This document shows positions 9,173 to 17,537 of a stretch of DNA of 64,000 nt, piece by piece; position 1 is the first letter of the stretch; every line of letters begins with the position of its first letter. This DNA comes from a bacterium. GTDB lineage: Bacteria > Patescibacteriota > Patescibacteriia > SBBB01. The notes under the pieces were generated by a model that saw only the letters and a program-made list of their open reading frames with translations, was not told the origin of the DNA and did not search any database. The position numbers and the translations under genes are program-made. The stretch spans positions 8,980 to 72,979 of the forward strand of contig SBBB01000025.1 in the NCBI GenBank assembly GCA_005239895.1, written 5' to 3'.

Positions 9173-9427
9173 ATGGTTAGTTATATAACAAAATCAAAGA
9201 GTGTTATTACTCTTTCTAAAGAGAAATATTTACGTTTAAAACAAGAGGCTGAAGCCTATCGAATTATGGTTGCTAAAGTATTTGAGTTACCACTTAGGGA
9301 CCAGGTTGATGCAGTTATAGCAGATTTTAAAGCTACAGATCTTTATACCAAAGAATTTTTAATGGATTTAAAAGATGGTTTAAACAAATCTTCATACTCT
9401 AAGAAGTATGCAAATAAAACCCATTAG
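9173..9427 (+). CDS. Putative antitoxin of a type II TA pair
   Basis: 84-aa gene overlapping a downstream RelE-like gene; own TTGACT/TATAAT promoter. Confidence 0.55.
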   Translation: MVSYITKSKSVITLSKEKYLRLKQEAEAYRIMVAKVFELPLRDQVDAVIADFKATDLYTKEFLMDLKDGLNKSSYSKKYANKTH

Positions 9428-9662
9428 AAAAGATATTGAAATGATGCTTGATAAACATGAGCTGAGGCGTAAGTGGCATAAGGCTAAATTACTATTTAGC
9501 ATTAATATTCGTCACCCCTCTTTGCATACCGAATTGCTTGAGCCTCATTGGCGTGGTATATATTCTTTTAGACTTGATAATAAATATAGAGCTTTATTTT
9601 TTATTACCGAAGGTCAGGCTGAAATTTTTAAAATTACTAAACATTATAAGAAATTAGATTAG
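9408..9662 (+). CDS. RelE/YafQ-superfamily toxin
   Basis: RHPSLHTELL...IYSFRLDNKYRALF...ITKHY. Confidence 0.75.
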   Translation: MQIKPIRKDIEMMLDKHELRRKWHKAKLLFSINIRHPSLHTELLEPHWRGIYSFRLDNKYRALFFITEGQAEIFKITKHYKKLD

Positions 9663-9697
9663 GTTTGTGATTTATATTTTTTTTTGAATATTTTTTT

Positions 9698-10224
9698 ATG
9701 AAAATATTTGTAATACGACACGGTCAAACTGAATTAAACGCAAAAAATCTCATTACTGGGCATATTGATGATGTTTTAACACCAAAAGGCATTAATCAGG
9801 CTAAAAATGCTGTACAATTTTTACCAAAAACGATTAAACGAATTTATTCGTCTTCTCTTAAGAGAGCCAAACAAATTGCTGAAATTATAAATCAAGAATT
9901 AAAAGCTCCGCTCACCTTTCATGATGAACTAAAAGAAGTTAATTTTGGAGTTTTGGGTGGAACGCCCTATTTAGATGAATATAAAAAACGACATAGAATG
10001 CTTGATTACGACTGGAGGCCATCTGGGGAAAGTTTTGAGGACGTAAAAACCAGGGTTGCAGCTTTTCTAAAAAAATTAAGAATGAGCATAAGAGCGAAGA
10101 AATATTAATAGTAGCTCATGGGGTAATTATTCGCCTTCTACATTTTCTAGAATTTAATAAACCCTTTGGAGACATTGAAAATACTGCTCTCCATAGTTTT
10201 GATTTAGATAAGATATTTAAATAA
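9698..10224 (+). pseudogene. Histidine phosphatase family protein with -1 frameshift in A7 run (10069-10075)
   Basis: RHGQT, SSSLKRA, GES motifs; the -1 frame continues KIKNEHKSEEILIVAHGVIIR...FK* to 10224. Confidence 0.85.
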
Positions 10225-10229
10225 AATAT

Positions 10230-10682
10230 ATGAATGTAGAAAAGATAATTAGGGAGTATTTATCACAAGTAATTCATTTATCGCTTGGAACTTGTAAAGA
10301 TAATCAGCCGTGGGTTTCAGAAGTTCATTTTGCTTATGATAATGATCTCAACCTTTATTTTCGTTCCACAATAAATCGTAGGCATAGTATAGAAATTGCA
10401 TCCAATCCAAATGTTGCAGGAAATATTATTACTCAACACCAAATCAACGAAAAACCTCGTGGTGTTTATTTTGAAGGTATAGCTGAGCGTTTAGTTAATA
10501 TTGATGAAAATCACCCTGCATATGTTCTATACTGCGAGCGTTTTGACACTGGGCTTGAAATATTAAGAGAGAGTAAAATAGATACTGGTCATCATTTTTA
10601 TAAAATTACAGTGAAAACTTTTTATTTATTTGATAGTCGTGAATCTCGTCCAAGTAAAAAATATGAACTTAAGTGGAATTAA
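10230..10682 (+). CDS. Pyridoxamine 5'-phosphate oxidase-like FMN-binding split-barrel protein
   Basis: LSLGT...PW...LYFRS...RRHS.EI..NPNVAG. Confidence 0.8.
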   Translation: MNVEKIIREYLSQVIHLSLGTCKDNQPWVSEVHFAYDNDLNLYFRSTINRRHSIEIASNPNVAGNIITQHQINEKPRGVYFEGIAERLVNIDENHPAYVLYCERFDTGLEILRESKIDTGHHFYKITVKTFYLFDSRESRPSKKYELKWN

Positions 10683-10820
10683 AATAAAGATTATTTTTTA
10701 ATTTGTTTCTTTTAGTCATTCCATCTCAGATCAGGTAGATGGTAAACTCCTACTGGAACCTAGTTTTATTATACATTACTTGGAAGTCGGACCTCCCAGT
10801 TGACAATCCCCGCCCCATTC

Positions 10821-11249
10821 CTGTCATTCCCGCGAAGGCGGGAATCCAGGTTATCAAATATGAACACCTATTATGTATATATTTTAACCAATAAAAGAAA
10901 TGGAACATTGTATATTGGTATAACTAATAATTTGGAACGACATGTGTCTGAACATCAGCTAGGATTAGTAAGTGGATTTACCAAACAATATGATATTTAT
11001 CATATTGTTTGGTACGAAACAACAAATAGTATAGAAGCAGCTCTACAAAGAGAAAAACAATTAAAAAATGGAACAGAAAATGGAAGCTTAACCTTATTGA
11101 AAAAGAGAATCCTCTTTGGAAAGATTTAACTACAGGATTACAGTTGTAAGCTGTATATTAATATTCGTTGAAACAGTAGTTATCGGTGTACACGCTCTTG
11201 GATTCCCGACCAAGTCGGGAATGACAGGGGTAAACGCGGGAATGACAGG
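10821..11249 (+). mobile_element. GIY-YIG gene flanked by inverted REP-like GTCATTCCC...GGGAATCC repeats
   Basis: CTGTCATTCCCGCGAAGGCGGGAATCCAG (10821-10849), TGGATTCCCGACCAAGTCGGGAATGACAG (11199-11227), and an extra CGCGGGAATGACAG. Confidence 0.7.
10860..11149 (+). pseudogene. GIY-YIG nuclease with -1 frameshift in A6 run (11063-11068)
   Basis: MNTYYVYILTNKRNGTLYIGITNNL...REKQLK; the -1 frame gives the family-typical KWNRKWKLNLIEKENPLWKDL. Confidence 0.88.
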
Positions 11250-11386
11250 AGAAGCAACGATATTTTATCATTCAGTGATGCATTATGACTTGAATTCAGC
11301 GAGTATAAGGATATATTGTAACTAGAAGTTTTGTTATGGTATAATATTGGGTATTCCCAAATTGTGAGGGAAAAATCACAATAAAA

Positions 11387-11644
11387 ATGTTTTTAGGAGA
11401 AGCAATGAAAAAAGATAAACAAGGATGTAAAAAGTGCCAAGTAGTCGTTATCATTAATGACGACGTGGTTGATTTTAAGGTGTACGGTGATCAACCTGAC
11501 GAGCTGCAAAAAACTTTCAAGAGGATATGTCAAAGAAAAATCATAGAGTTTACAGTGGCTTCTAATGCTACTAACAAAGATGTTGTAAAAGCTGCACGGA
11601 GTTCTCTAGAAGAGCATCTTACTGAAGATGAAATTGGATTCTAA
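11387..11644 (+). CDS. Hypothetical protein (start possibly 11405)
   Basis: AGGAG before ATG at 11405; TGG-TATAAT upstream; CxxC. Confidence 0.5.
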   Translation: MFLGEAMKKDKQGCKKCQVVVIINDDVVDFKVYGDQPDELQKTFKRICQRKIIEFTVASNATNKDVVKAARSSLEEHLTEDEIGF

Positions 11645-11762
11645 AAAAGAATAACAGTAATTTTTTAAAAGTTTTTGAAAATTTAGAGCCAGTCCTTAAG
11701 AGCCGTAGTCTTTATCAAATAGGATGTTCTCTGTTTTATCTTAATTATAGTAATTTATACGT

Positions 11763-11794
11763 GCCTGCCCTAACAATCAATATATAGGGCAGGC
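11763..11794. terminator. Stem-loop downstream of aroD
   Basis: GCCTGCCCTA...TAGGGCAGGC. Confidence 0.5.
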
Positions 11795-11819
11795 TTTGAT
11801 TTGTGCAATTGGGTTACAT

Positions 11820-12581
11820 TTAGATAGCGGGTTGCGGGTAAAACCTTTTGATTAATTGTGCTAATTTATTACAGTGGATTTGCCCCGGAGCAGTTGGCTT
11901 ATTACCTACGTAGGCGTAAGTCATGGGTGAACCTCCCAATACTGGAAAAAATACCCTAGACAAACTGCCAATCGGTCCCATGGCAATGGGTAGTAGTCTG
12001 TGTTTTTTATTAGTCAGGGTGAATTTGATTAACCTTTGAATATCGCTGTGGTTTTTTACTAATGTTGCTATCTTAACCATGTGAGCACTAGCAGTGCGCG
12101 CTTCCTTAAAGATGCGATTTAATTCCGCGATAGATGGCGTTCCATCAAAATTGTGGTAAGAAATGATTACTTTTTTCATGCTACAGTCGCACGAAGCGAT
12201 CAAAGTTCTTGACCTCTTTTTTGTTGATTCGTTTTGTATAGTTGATAGCTCGATGTCAATTATATTGACTTCAGAAGCTATCTCTTGAAAAAGTTCAAGT
12301 CGTTGTGTTTCTGATAGACCCCAACTACCGCCTTCTGTTTTAGATCTGATAGTAGCAATACTTGGATAACCTTTAAACTGATTCAAGACCCTTAAGACAT
12401 GTTCAGTCTTAAAGGATGTAAAATGATCGATTCGCCACTCTATGATATCAAATTTAGCAGATTCAATTAGAGCTTGATCAGTTGAGTCGTCTATTGAAAT
12501 AACAATTTTTGGTATTTCATCTCGTCCAATTCTTCCAGATCCAAACAGGCTTTCTAGGGTTTCACGTTTCTCTGTATTCAT
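11820..12581 (-). CDS. aroD: Type I 3-dehydroquinate dehydratase
   Basis: DIIEWRID, TIRSKTEGG, DIEL, ISYHNF..TP, KIA, AMGPIG..SR, TAPGQ. Confidence 0.93.
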   Translation of the reverse strand: MNTEKRETLESLFGSGRIGRDEIPKIVISIDDSTDQALIESAKFDIIEWRIDHFTSFKTEHVLRVLNQFKGYPSIATIRSKTEGGSWGLSETQRLELFQEIASEVNIIDIELSTIQNESTKKRSRTLIASCDCSMKKVIISYHNFDGTPSIAELNRIFKEARTASAHMVKIATLVKNHSDIQRLIKFTLTNKKHRLLPIAMGPIGSLSRVFFPVLGGSPMTYAYVGNKPTAPGQIHCNKLAQLIKRFYPQPAI

Positions 12582-12711
12582 CTCACACCTCCTAAAAGTT
12601 AATTTTTTTTACTTACTATTATAAGTAATATATATATTTATATTGATTTTGTCAAAGAGAGTATTTTCTGATAGTATAATTTAAGTATTTATTAAAAGTA
12701 TTTATTAAATT

Positions 12712-13674
12712 ATGACCAACCCGAAAACAGTTTTAGTTACAGGATGCGCTGGTTTTATTGGGAGCAATTTCGTACAGCAGTTTAAAAATCAATATCCTAA
12801 AACAAAAATTATTGGTATAGATAATTTTTCAACTGGTAGAAAAGATGCGCTGGATTCTTCGGTTATTTTTTATAGAGGATCAATTTTAGACGCCAAACTT
12901 TTAGACAAGATTTTTTTTACTCATAAACCCGAATATGTTTTTCATTTTGCAGCTTTGCCAAGGGTTTCTTATTCAGTTGAGCATCCTCGTCAAACGAGTG
13001 AAGTTAATATATTAGGAACAGTGGCTTTATTAGAAATGTCTAAAAAATATAAGGTCAAAAGGTTTATTTATTCTTCTACATCTGCTGTTTATGGTAATGC
13101 TAAGCAATTGCCAACCAAAGAATCAGAGAATCATCCTGATCCGAAATCTCCTTACGCAATTCAAAAATGTGCTGGCGAATATTTTTGTAAATTATTTAGT
13201 GAATTATTAGGGTTAGATACGGTTTGTTTGCGTTATTTCAATATTTTTGGACCCGGTCAGTATGGTGATTCACCCTATTCTACAGTTGTATCAGCTTGGT
13301 TAGAAGCTATCTATTTTCCAAAAAACAAAAAAGCTTTTATTGAAGGCGATGGTAATCAGTCCAGAGATTTCTCTTATGTAGATAATATAGTTTTAGCAAA
13401 TATTTTAGCCATGGAATCAAAAAAGGATTTAGGTGGTGAGATATTGAATATTTCTGATGGATGCAAAATAACGATTAATAAAATTAAAAAATTAATAGAA
13501 AAATATACACACCAAGAATTGATATTAGAAAAACGTCCGTCAAGATTGGGAGACGTGAGGCGTACTCAGGCTGATATTGTTAAAGCTAAAAAACTTTTAG
13601 GCTATAATCCGCAAGTAAATTTTGAGGAAGGGATTAAAAAAACCATTCAATGGTTTGAATTACGCAAGATATAA
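12712..13674 (+). CDS. NAD-dependent nucleotide-sugar epimerase (extended SDR)
   Basis: TGCAGFIGS, YxxxK (YAIQK), LRYFNIFGP, RDFSYV. Confidence 0.92.
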   Translation: MTNPKTVLVTGCAGFIGSNFVQQFKNQYPKTKIIGIDNFSTGRKDALDSSVIFYRGSILDAKLLDKIFFTHKPEYVFHFAALPRVSYSVEHPRQTSEVNILGTVALLEMSKKYKVKRFIYSSTSAVYGNAKQLPTKESENHPDPKSPYAIQKCAGEYFCKLFSELLGLDTVCLRYFNIFGPGQYGDSPYSTVVSAWLEAIYFPKNKKAFIEGDGNQSRDFSYVDNIVLANILAMESKKDLGGEILNISDGCKITINKIKKLIEKYTHQELILEKRPSRLGDVRRTQADIVKAKKLLGYNPQVNFEEGIKKTIQWFELRKI

Positions 13675-13693
13675 ATGATTTATTAGAGCTGTT

Positions 13694-14458
13694 TTACTCC
13701 AGAAAAAGTAACATATACATAGCGAGTAGTCCAGTTCCAATGCCAGCAATTTCAGGTATTAAATTTTTATTTTTTCCGTGTTTATGAAGTTCGGGTACGA
13801 GATCCGAGCTGGCAATATAAATAAATACTCCGGCTGCGAAGGGAATAATTTTAGGAATTAGTTGTTCGGAGAAAGATCCAAAAATAAGAACTAGTCCCGC
13901 GCCAGCGATAGCTGTAAGGGCCGACAATAAATTATATAAAAGAGCTGTACTTCTTTTAAATCCAGCGTAAATAAGTATTCCAAAGTCTCCAATTTCTTGA
14001 GGAATTTCATGAGCGATAATAGCAAGAGTGGTCGCTATTCCAACCTCAATACTTACAAGATAACTTACTCCTATAATAATTCCATCTAAAAAATTATGTA
14101 ATCCGTCGGAGATAAGGATCAAACTGGCAAGATGTTTTTGGGGTTGAACCTGTTCAGTTTGAATACATTGAATATCCACTGAATGATGATGCCATCTTAG
14201 AAATTTTTCAAGAAAAAAGAATAAAATTATACCTAAGATAATCAGGGCCGAGGTACTTGTGGTTTCATTTGAACTTTCGAACGACTTTGGAATGAGATGA
14301 AAAAACACATCACCGAGAAGAGCCCCAACTGCAAGTGGAACAAGAAATACTAAGGTTTTCATTAGTTGTTTTTGTTGAATAGATATAATAAATGTGCCTA
14401 GTAGCGAAATAAAACTTACAAGTAAAACGCTTCCCAAAATATAAGACGTAGTATCCAT
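13694..14458 (-). CDS. ZIP family metal transporter
   Basis: DGLHNFLDG, AHEIPQEIGD, His-rich loop. Confidence 0.93.
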   Translation of the reverse strand: MDTTSYILGSVLLVSFISLLGTFIISIQQKQLMKTLVFLVPLAVGALLGDVFFHLIPKSFESSNETTSTSALIILGIILFFFLEKFLRWHHHSVDIQCIQTEQVQPQKHLASLILISDGLHNFLDGIIIGVSYLVSIEVGIATTLAIIAHEIPQEIGDFGILIYAGFKRSTALLYNLLSALTAIAGAGLVLIFGSFSEQLIPKIIPFAAGVFIYIASSDLVPELHKHGKNKNLIPEIAGIGTGLLAMYMLLFLE

Positions 14459-14688
14459 AATATATTTAAAGATTCTTTAAATTTTTGATTTCATTATGAT
14501 TTTATAGTATTAAACTGTATAAGTCAATTTAAAATGTAAATTCAAGGTATATTTAGAGCGTATAATTAGGTATTGATATTTAAGGTGGTTTGTATTATGC
14601 TTTTTATAGGGTCTAGTTTGGGTAGTTGGGTTTTTGGATCACACTAAAATAGTAACATTCTAGAAGAAACTAGAAGAAAGGAGGTTTT

Positions 14689-15219
14689 GTGTTTTGGAAT
14701 CCAAAGGGTATTTTAGTAAGCGGAATATATATTCCCAATATATCAGATGCTGATTTGAGCATTAAGATATTAGGGAATCCGCCTGATCAATTCGGCAGTT
14801 TATCGCGTATGGTTTTTGAAATGGTTAGCCGCGGTGTTGCTGGTTCACTTCAAGATACAACTATTTATGGCAATTTTGGAAGTAAAACTTCCGATGAAAT
14901 GAAAGAATATATTTTAAAGAATATTGGGCTGGTGGTGCAGTTTCCACGCATACTTGATTGTATGTATGAAGATCAAAGAGAGCGTACACTGTGTCTGTTA
15001 GAAAGGATATTTTCTAGACACGTTGTCTATGATACGAAATATACAAATGTGACCGAAGAAATACACTCAGCAGTTGATAGGTTTAAGGATCATGGATGTA
15101 TGTTAATTTGTTATATTGCCGACAGGTCAAGCGTTAAATTATGTTTAGAAGCTTTAGAAAAGGCTAAATTAGACGGCATTGTTCCTTCGCAGCAAATGTG
15201 GTACCTTACCACACCTTAA
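14689..15219 (+). CDS. Hypothetical protein
   Basis: AAGGAGGT RBS before GTG; 176-aa ORF followed by a hairpin. Confidence 0.6.
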   Translation: MFWNPKGILVSGIYIPNISDADLSIKILGNPPDQFGSLSRMVFEMVSRGVAGSLQDTTIYGNFGSKTSDEMKEYILKNIGLVVQFPRILDCMYEDQRERTLCLLERIFSRHVVYDTKYTNVTEEIHSAVDRFKDHGCMLICYIADRSSVKLCLEALEKAKLDGIVPSQQMWYLTTP

Positions 15220-15261
15220 TCCCCGGCTCGTTGTTAAACAAAAAAACGAGCCAGGGAGGAT

Positions 15262-15825
15262 TTATATTTTAAAAAGTTGGTTTTCAAAATCTTTTTTAAA
15301 TTGGGGGTCAAAACGAGCTCGTAATAATGTATTTGTAAATTTTGTTCTAGACAGCAAAGGATTATCAGCGAGATTAAGAAACTCTTCAAAATCAATAAGG
15401 CGAGTTGAGATTTTTTCACCTGCGTCTAATTTTTGTTCTTGAGTTTTAATGCAATTTTTAGCTATATAGGTATAAATTGTCCATTCAATTTTACCAACCG
15501 GAGATTCTTCTTGAAATAGTGTCCAGTCATTAGACGTGTATCCAGTTTCTTCCAATAATTCTCGCTTAGCGGTTGCGAGAGAATCCTCCCCTTGTTCTGA
15601 TCGTCCACAGGGAAATGTGTTTAATCTTTTAAGGTGTCCAGGTTGTTCTTCGGTTTGTATTAAAATTTTATTTCCAACAATTGGAACGATCATGGACGTA
15701 TTGGGTCTTTTGAGTCGTTCAAAAATTTCAACACCTCCATCGTACATTTTTTGTTCCCACTGCCAAACTTCAAAGATTACTCCTTTAAAAACACATTTGG
15801 CATTGTCTGGTATTTTATTAGTCAT
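15262..15825 (-). CDS. NUDIX hydrolase
   Basis: G.....E.......RELLEETGY Nudix box. Confidence 0.92.
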   Translation of the reverse strand: MTNKIPDNAKCVFKGVIFEVWQWEQKMYDGGVEIFERLKRPNTSMIVPIVGNKILIQTEEQPGHLKRLNTFPCGRSEQGEDSLATAKRELLEETGYTSNDWTLFQEESPVGKIEWTIYTYIAKNCIKTQEQKLDAGEKISTRLIDFEEFLNLADNPLLSRTKFTNTLLRARFDPQFKKDFENQLFKI

Positions 15826-16082
15826 ATTTTATTTAATAATATAGCATAAAATAATTTGGTGCAATATTTAGTATCTGTATTTAGTATGTTTAGTATGTAT
15901 TGTGGCTAACTATTCGCTATAGCGTAAACTTAGCCACACATTGCTTATCGTTTTTATTTAATATACTTACGCTTATTTTTTTGTTATTTCTAGCCCCTCT
16001 GGGCGAATGCCTGATCGTGGGTGGGAACGACAGAAAGAGAAACAGGAATGACAAAAACAGTATTTTATCCAAATGTGTAACT

Positions 16083-16142
16083 CCCTCAATGTTTAGGAGT
16101 TGAACTCCTAAACATTGAGTTGAACTCCTAAACATTGAGGGG
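16083..16142. repeat. ATGTTT hairpin with 20-bp tandem duplication of its right arm
   Basis: AATGTTTAGGAGT-TGA-ACTCCTAAACATT then repeated GAGTTGAACTCCTAAACATT; core identical to 61890-61918. Confidence 0.85.
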
Positions 16143-16245
16143 CATTATACAGGCTATGGACATTAAGTGTTAAAATATATATAATATGTATTTAGTGTTA
16201 TTATAAATTTTCAACTTTCAATTTTTTACTTTCTAATTTTATTTT

Positions 16246-17397
16246 ATGAATATTAAAAAACAGTATATTGAAATTAAATCTCAAGAAGAAGCAGAAATAA
16301 TTGCGTCTTTAAAAACTCAAAATGATTCAGAATCTAAGCGTTTGGTTCGTTTTTTAAGTTTGCCAGATTTGTCTCGTGATCCTGCTAATCCCGTGTGCGA
16401 AATTGTTAAGCGCATAATAAATATAGAAACTTTTCTTAATTTTGATGAAATTAAAGTTCCCGAAATTGTAAGAGCTGATTTAAGCTTTGATTTATTTAAT
16501 TTTCCGCTCGATCATCCTACGCGTAGTCGCTCAGACACTTATTATATTGGAGATACTCATATTCTTCGAACTCATACCACTATAATGTGGTATTACTATT
16601 TGCATAATGAAATAATTAAAGAAAGAATTAAGAACGGGTTATCTTTTGGTTCAGTTTGTTATGGAAAGACTTATCGTAAGGATGAGATCGATAGAAATCA
16701 TATGAATGTTTTTCATCAGATTGATGGATGGTATCTTACTCCCAAGTCAACCAAGATTATCACCATTGAAGATTTAAAACAGGTTTTACTTGAAATAGTT
16801 TATGCCATTTACGGTAAAGATGTTAAATATAGATTTTTGGAAGATACTTTTCCATTTACGGATCCAAGTATTCAGATCGAAATAGAGCAAGGTGGTAATT
16901 GGATGGAGGTTGTGGGATCTGGCATAGTGCGACCAGTGGTTCTAAAAAATTTAGGAGTTAATCCTGACGAATATAATGGTTGGGCATTTGGTTTTGGATT
17001 GGAAAGACTAGTTATGTCAAATTTAAAACTTCCCGATATTAGATTGTTATGGTCTGAGGACGAGCGTGTTAAGAAACAGCTGGTTTTAGGTCATGAATAT
17101 ACTTCGGTAAGTAAATATCCACCTATCACTAGAGATATTTCTTTTGTAGTTGAGAATAGTTTTATTCCTAATAATTATTTTGATTTAATTCGTGACCTGG
17201 GCGGTAGTTTAATTGAAGAAGTAAAATTAATTGACAAATATGAGAATGCTGAAAAATTTGGAGATAAAAAAATAAGTTATACTTATAGGATTATTTATCG
17301 CAGTCCCGAAAGGACCTTGCTGTCTAGTGAGATTGATATTATTCAAAATGCAATTTATAGCGCGACTGCTAAAGATTTTAAAGCCGAGCTTAGATAA
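16246..17397 (+). CDS. Single-chain (mitochondrial-type) phenylalanine--tRNA ligase: catalytic domain plus FDX-ACB anticodon-binding domain
   Basis: DHPTR..DTYY, LRTHTT, FHQIDG, FPFTDPS, GWAFGFGLERL, PDIRLLW, then YPPITRDISF...YRIIYRSPERTL. Confidence 0.92.
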   Translation: MNIKKQYIEIKSQEEAEIIASLKTQNDSESKRLVRFLSLPDLSRDPANPVCEIVKRIINIETFLNFDEIKVPEIVRADLSFDLFNFPLDHPTRSRSDTYYIGDTHILRTHTTIMWYYYLHNEIIKERIKNGLSFGSVCYGKTYRKDEIDRNHMNVFHQIDGWYLTPKSTKIITIEDLKQVLLEIVYAIYGKDVKYRFLEDTFPFTDPSIQIEIEQGGNWMEVVGSGIVRPVVLKNLGVNPDEYNGWAFGFGLERLVMSNLKLPDIRLLWSEDERVKKQLVLGHEYTSVSKYPPITRDISFVVENSFIPNNYFDLIRDLGGSLIEEVKLIDKYENAEKFGDKKISYTYRIIYRSPERTLLSSEIDIIQNAIYSATAKDFKAELR

Positions 17398-17408
17398 TTT
17401 TAATTTTC

Positions 17409-17537
17409 TAGGGTACAAGACTGCACCCTATTGTATTTTTATATTTTATTCTGCACTTCTTGTTTGATACGATCCATAAATTCCACAAGTGACATTGCTC
17501 CTATTTTGCCATAGGGTACAAGACTGCACCCTATTGT
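17409..17537. repeat. Two identical 26-bp hairpins enclosing a divergent copy of the thrS 3' end
   Basis: TAGGGTACAAGACTGCACCCTATTGT at 17409-17434 and 17512-17537; 17439-17510 (-) encodes GKIGAMSLVEFMDRIKQEVQNKI*. Confidence 0.9.

Noticed and set aside
10800-10859. N-terminal extension of the GIY-YIG ORF, and ORF 11116-11325
   Set aside because: These are translations of the REP repeats (SFPRRRES, SGMT); the likely start is ATG 10860.
15900-16135. Two small overlapping ORFs
   Set aside because: They run through repeat-rich intergenic DNA and show no coding signals.
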